From positions 2,400 to 34,399 of the forward strand of contig CAZFVS010000001.1 in NCBI GenBank assembly GCA_964522265.1: a stretch of DNA of 32,000 nucleotides, given 5' to 3'. The translations under genes and the position numbers were made by a program. Positions within the stretch are counted from its first letter, which is position 1. Every line of letters begins with the position of its first letter. This document shows, piece after piece, positions 32,000 through 32,000 of the stretch. The notes under the pieces are model-generated. The model was not told the origin of the DNA. It saw nothing but the letters and a program-made list of their open reading frames with translations, and did no database searches. Source of the stretch: an uncultured Gammaproteobacteria bacterium (GTDB lineage Bacteria > Patescibacteriota > Microgenomatia > Daviesbacterales > UBA10151).

Positions 32000-32000
32000 A

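Noticed and set aside
1-32000. Alternative genetic code with TGA read as an amino acid (code 4 or 25), as in some candidate phyla.
   Set aside because: TGA ends nine genes exactly at ATGA overlaps where the next gene starts. Reading through these TGA codons would destroy the clean gene structure.
1-32000. Scan for tRNA/rRNA genes, CRISPR repeats, transposase/integrase genes, toxin-antitoxin pairs and defence-system hallmarks.
   Set aside because: No intergenic space exceeds about 90 bp, no regularly spaced direct repeats were seen, and no ORF carries nuclease, recombinase or ATPase (Walker A) signatures typical of such systems. The window appears to be purely a glycan-biosynthesis locus.

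Overview
AT-rich, very tightly packed bacterial locus. It uses the standard genetic code: TGA serves as the stop in nine ATGA start/stop overlaps. Gene content and style resemble Patescibacteria/CPR genomes, but that is inference only. Nt 2-25944 is one co-directional block of 21 plus-strand genes with almost no intergenic space, all devoted to glycan assembly. It holds 2 SDR sugar epimerase/dehydratase domains and 7 polytopic GT-C-type membrane glycosyltransferases, three of them tandem GT39 (PMT/ArnT-like) paralogs. It also holds 3 GT2 enzymes, one of which is a DPM1/GtrB-like polyprenyl-phosphate sugar synthase followed by a DUF2304-like small membrane protein. The rest are 9 GT-B/GT4-type modules in 8 genes (one double-GT4 fusion, one SDR-GT4 fusion, one CgeB-like) and a SAM methyltransferase. 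I recognised no initiating phosphoglycosyltransferase, Wzx/Wzy, ABC exporter, tRNA, rRNA, CRISPR array or transposase. From 25930 the organisation changes. A divergent pair of TagF-like GT-B enzymes is driven by back-to-back near-consensus promoters. Beyond it lies a minus-strand, translationally coupled trio in a visibly GC-richer segment: a NeuA/KdsB-family cytidylyltransferase (5' end outside the window), an Eda/KDPG-type aldolase and a fused transketolase. The most notable points are: (1) the GT-C array plus lipid-linked-donor module, suggesting stepwise extracytoplasmic glycosylation; (2) two candidate slipped-strand switches, an A19 tract inside a GT4 gene and 4 x AATTTTC at the 5' end of a GT39 gene; (3) two gene fusions that still carry relics of former gene junctions; (4) a possible non-canonical CMP-ulosonic-acid route. 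All family assignments come from motif recognition by eye; no searches were run.
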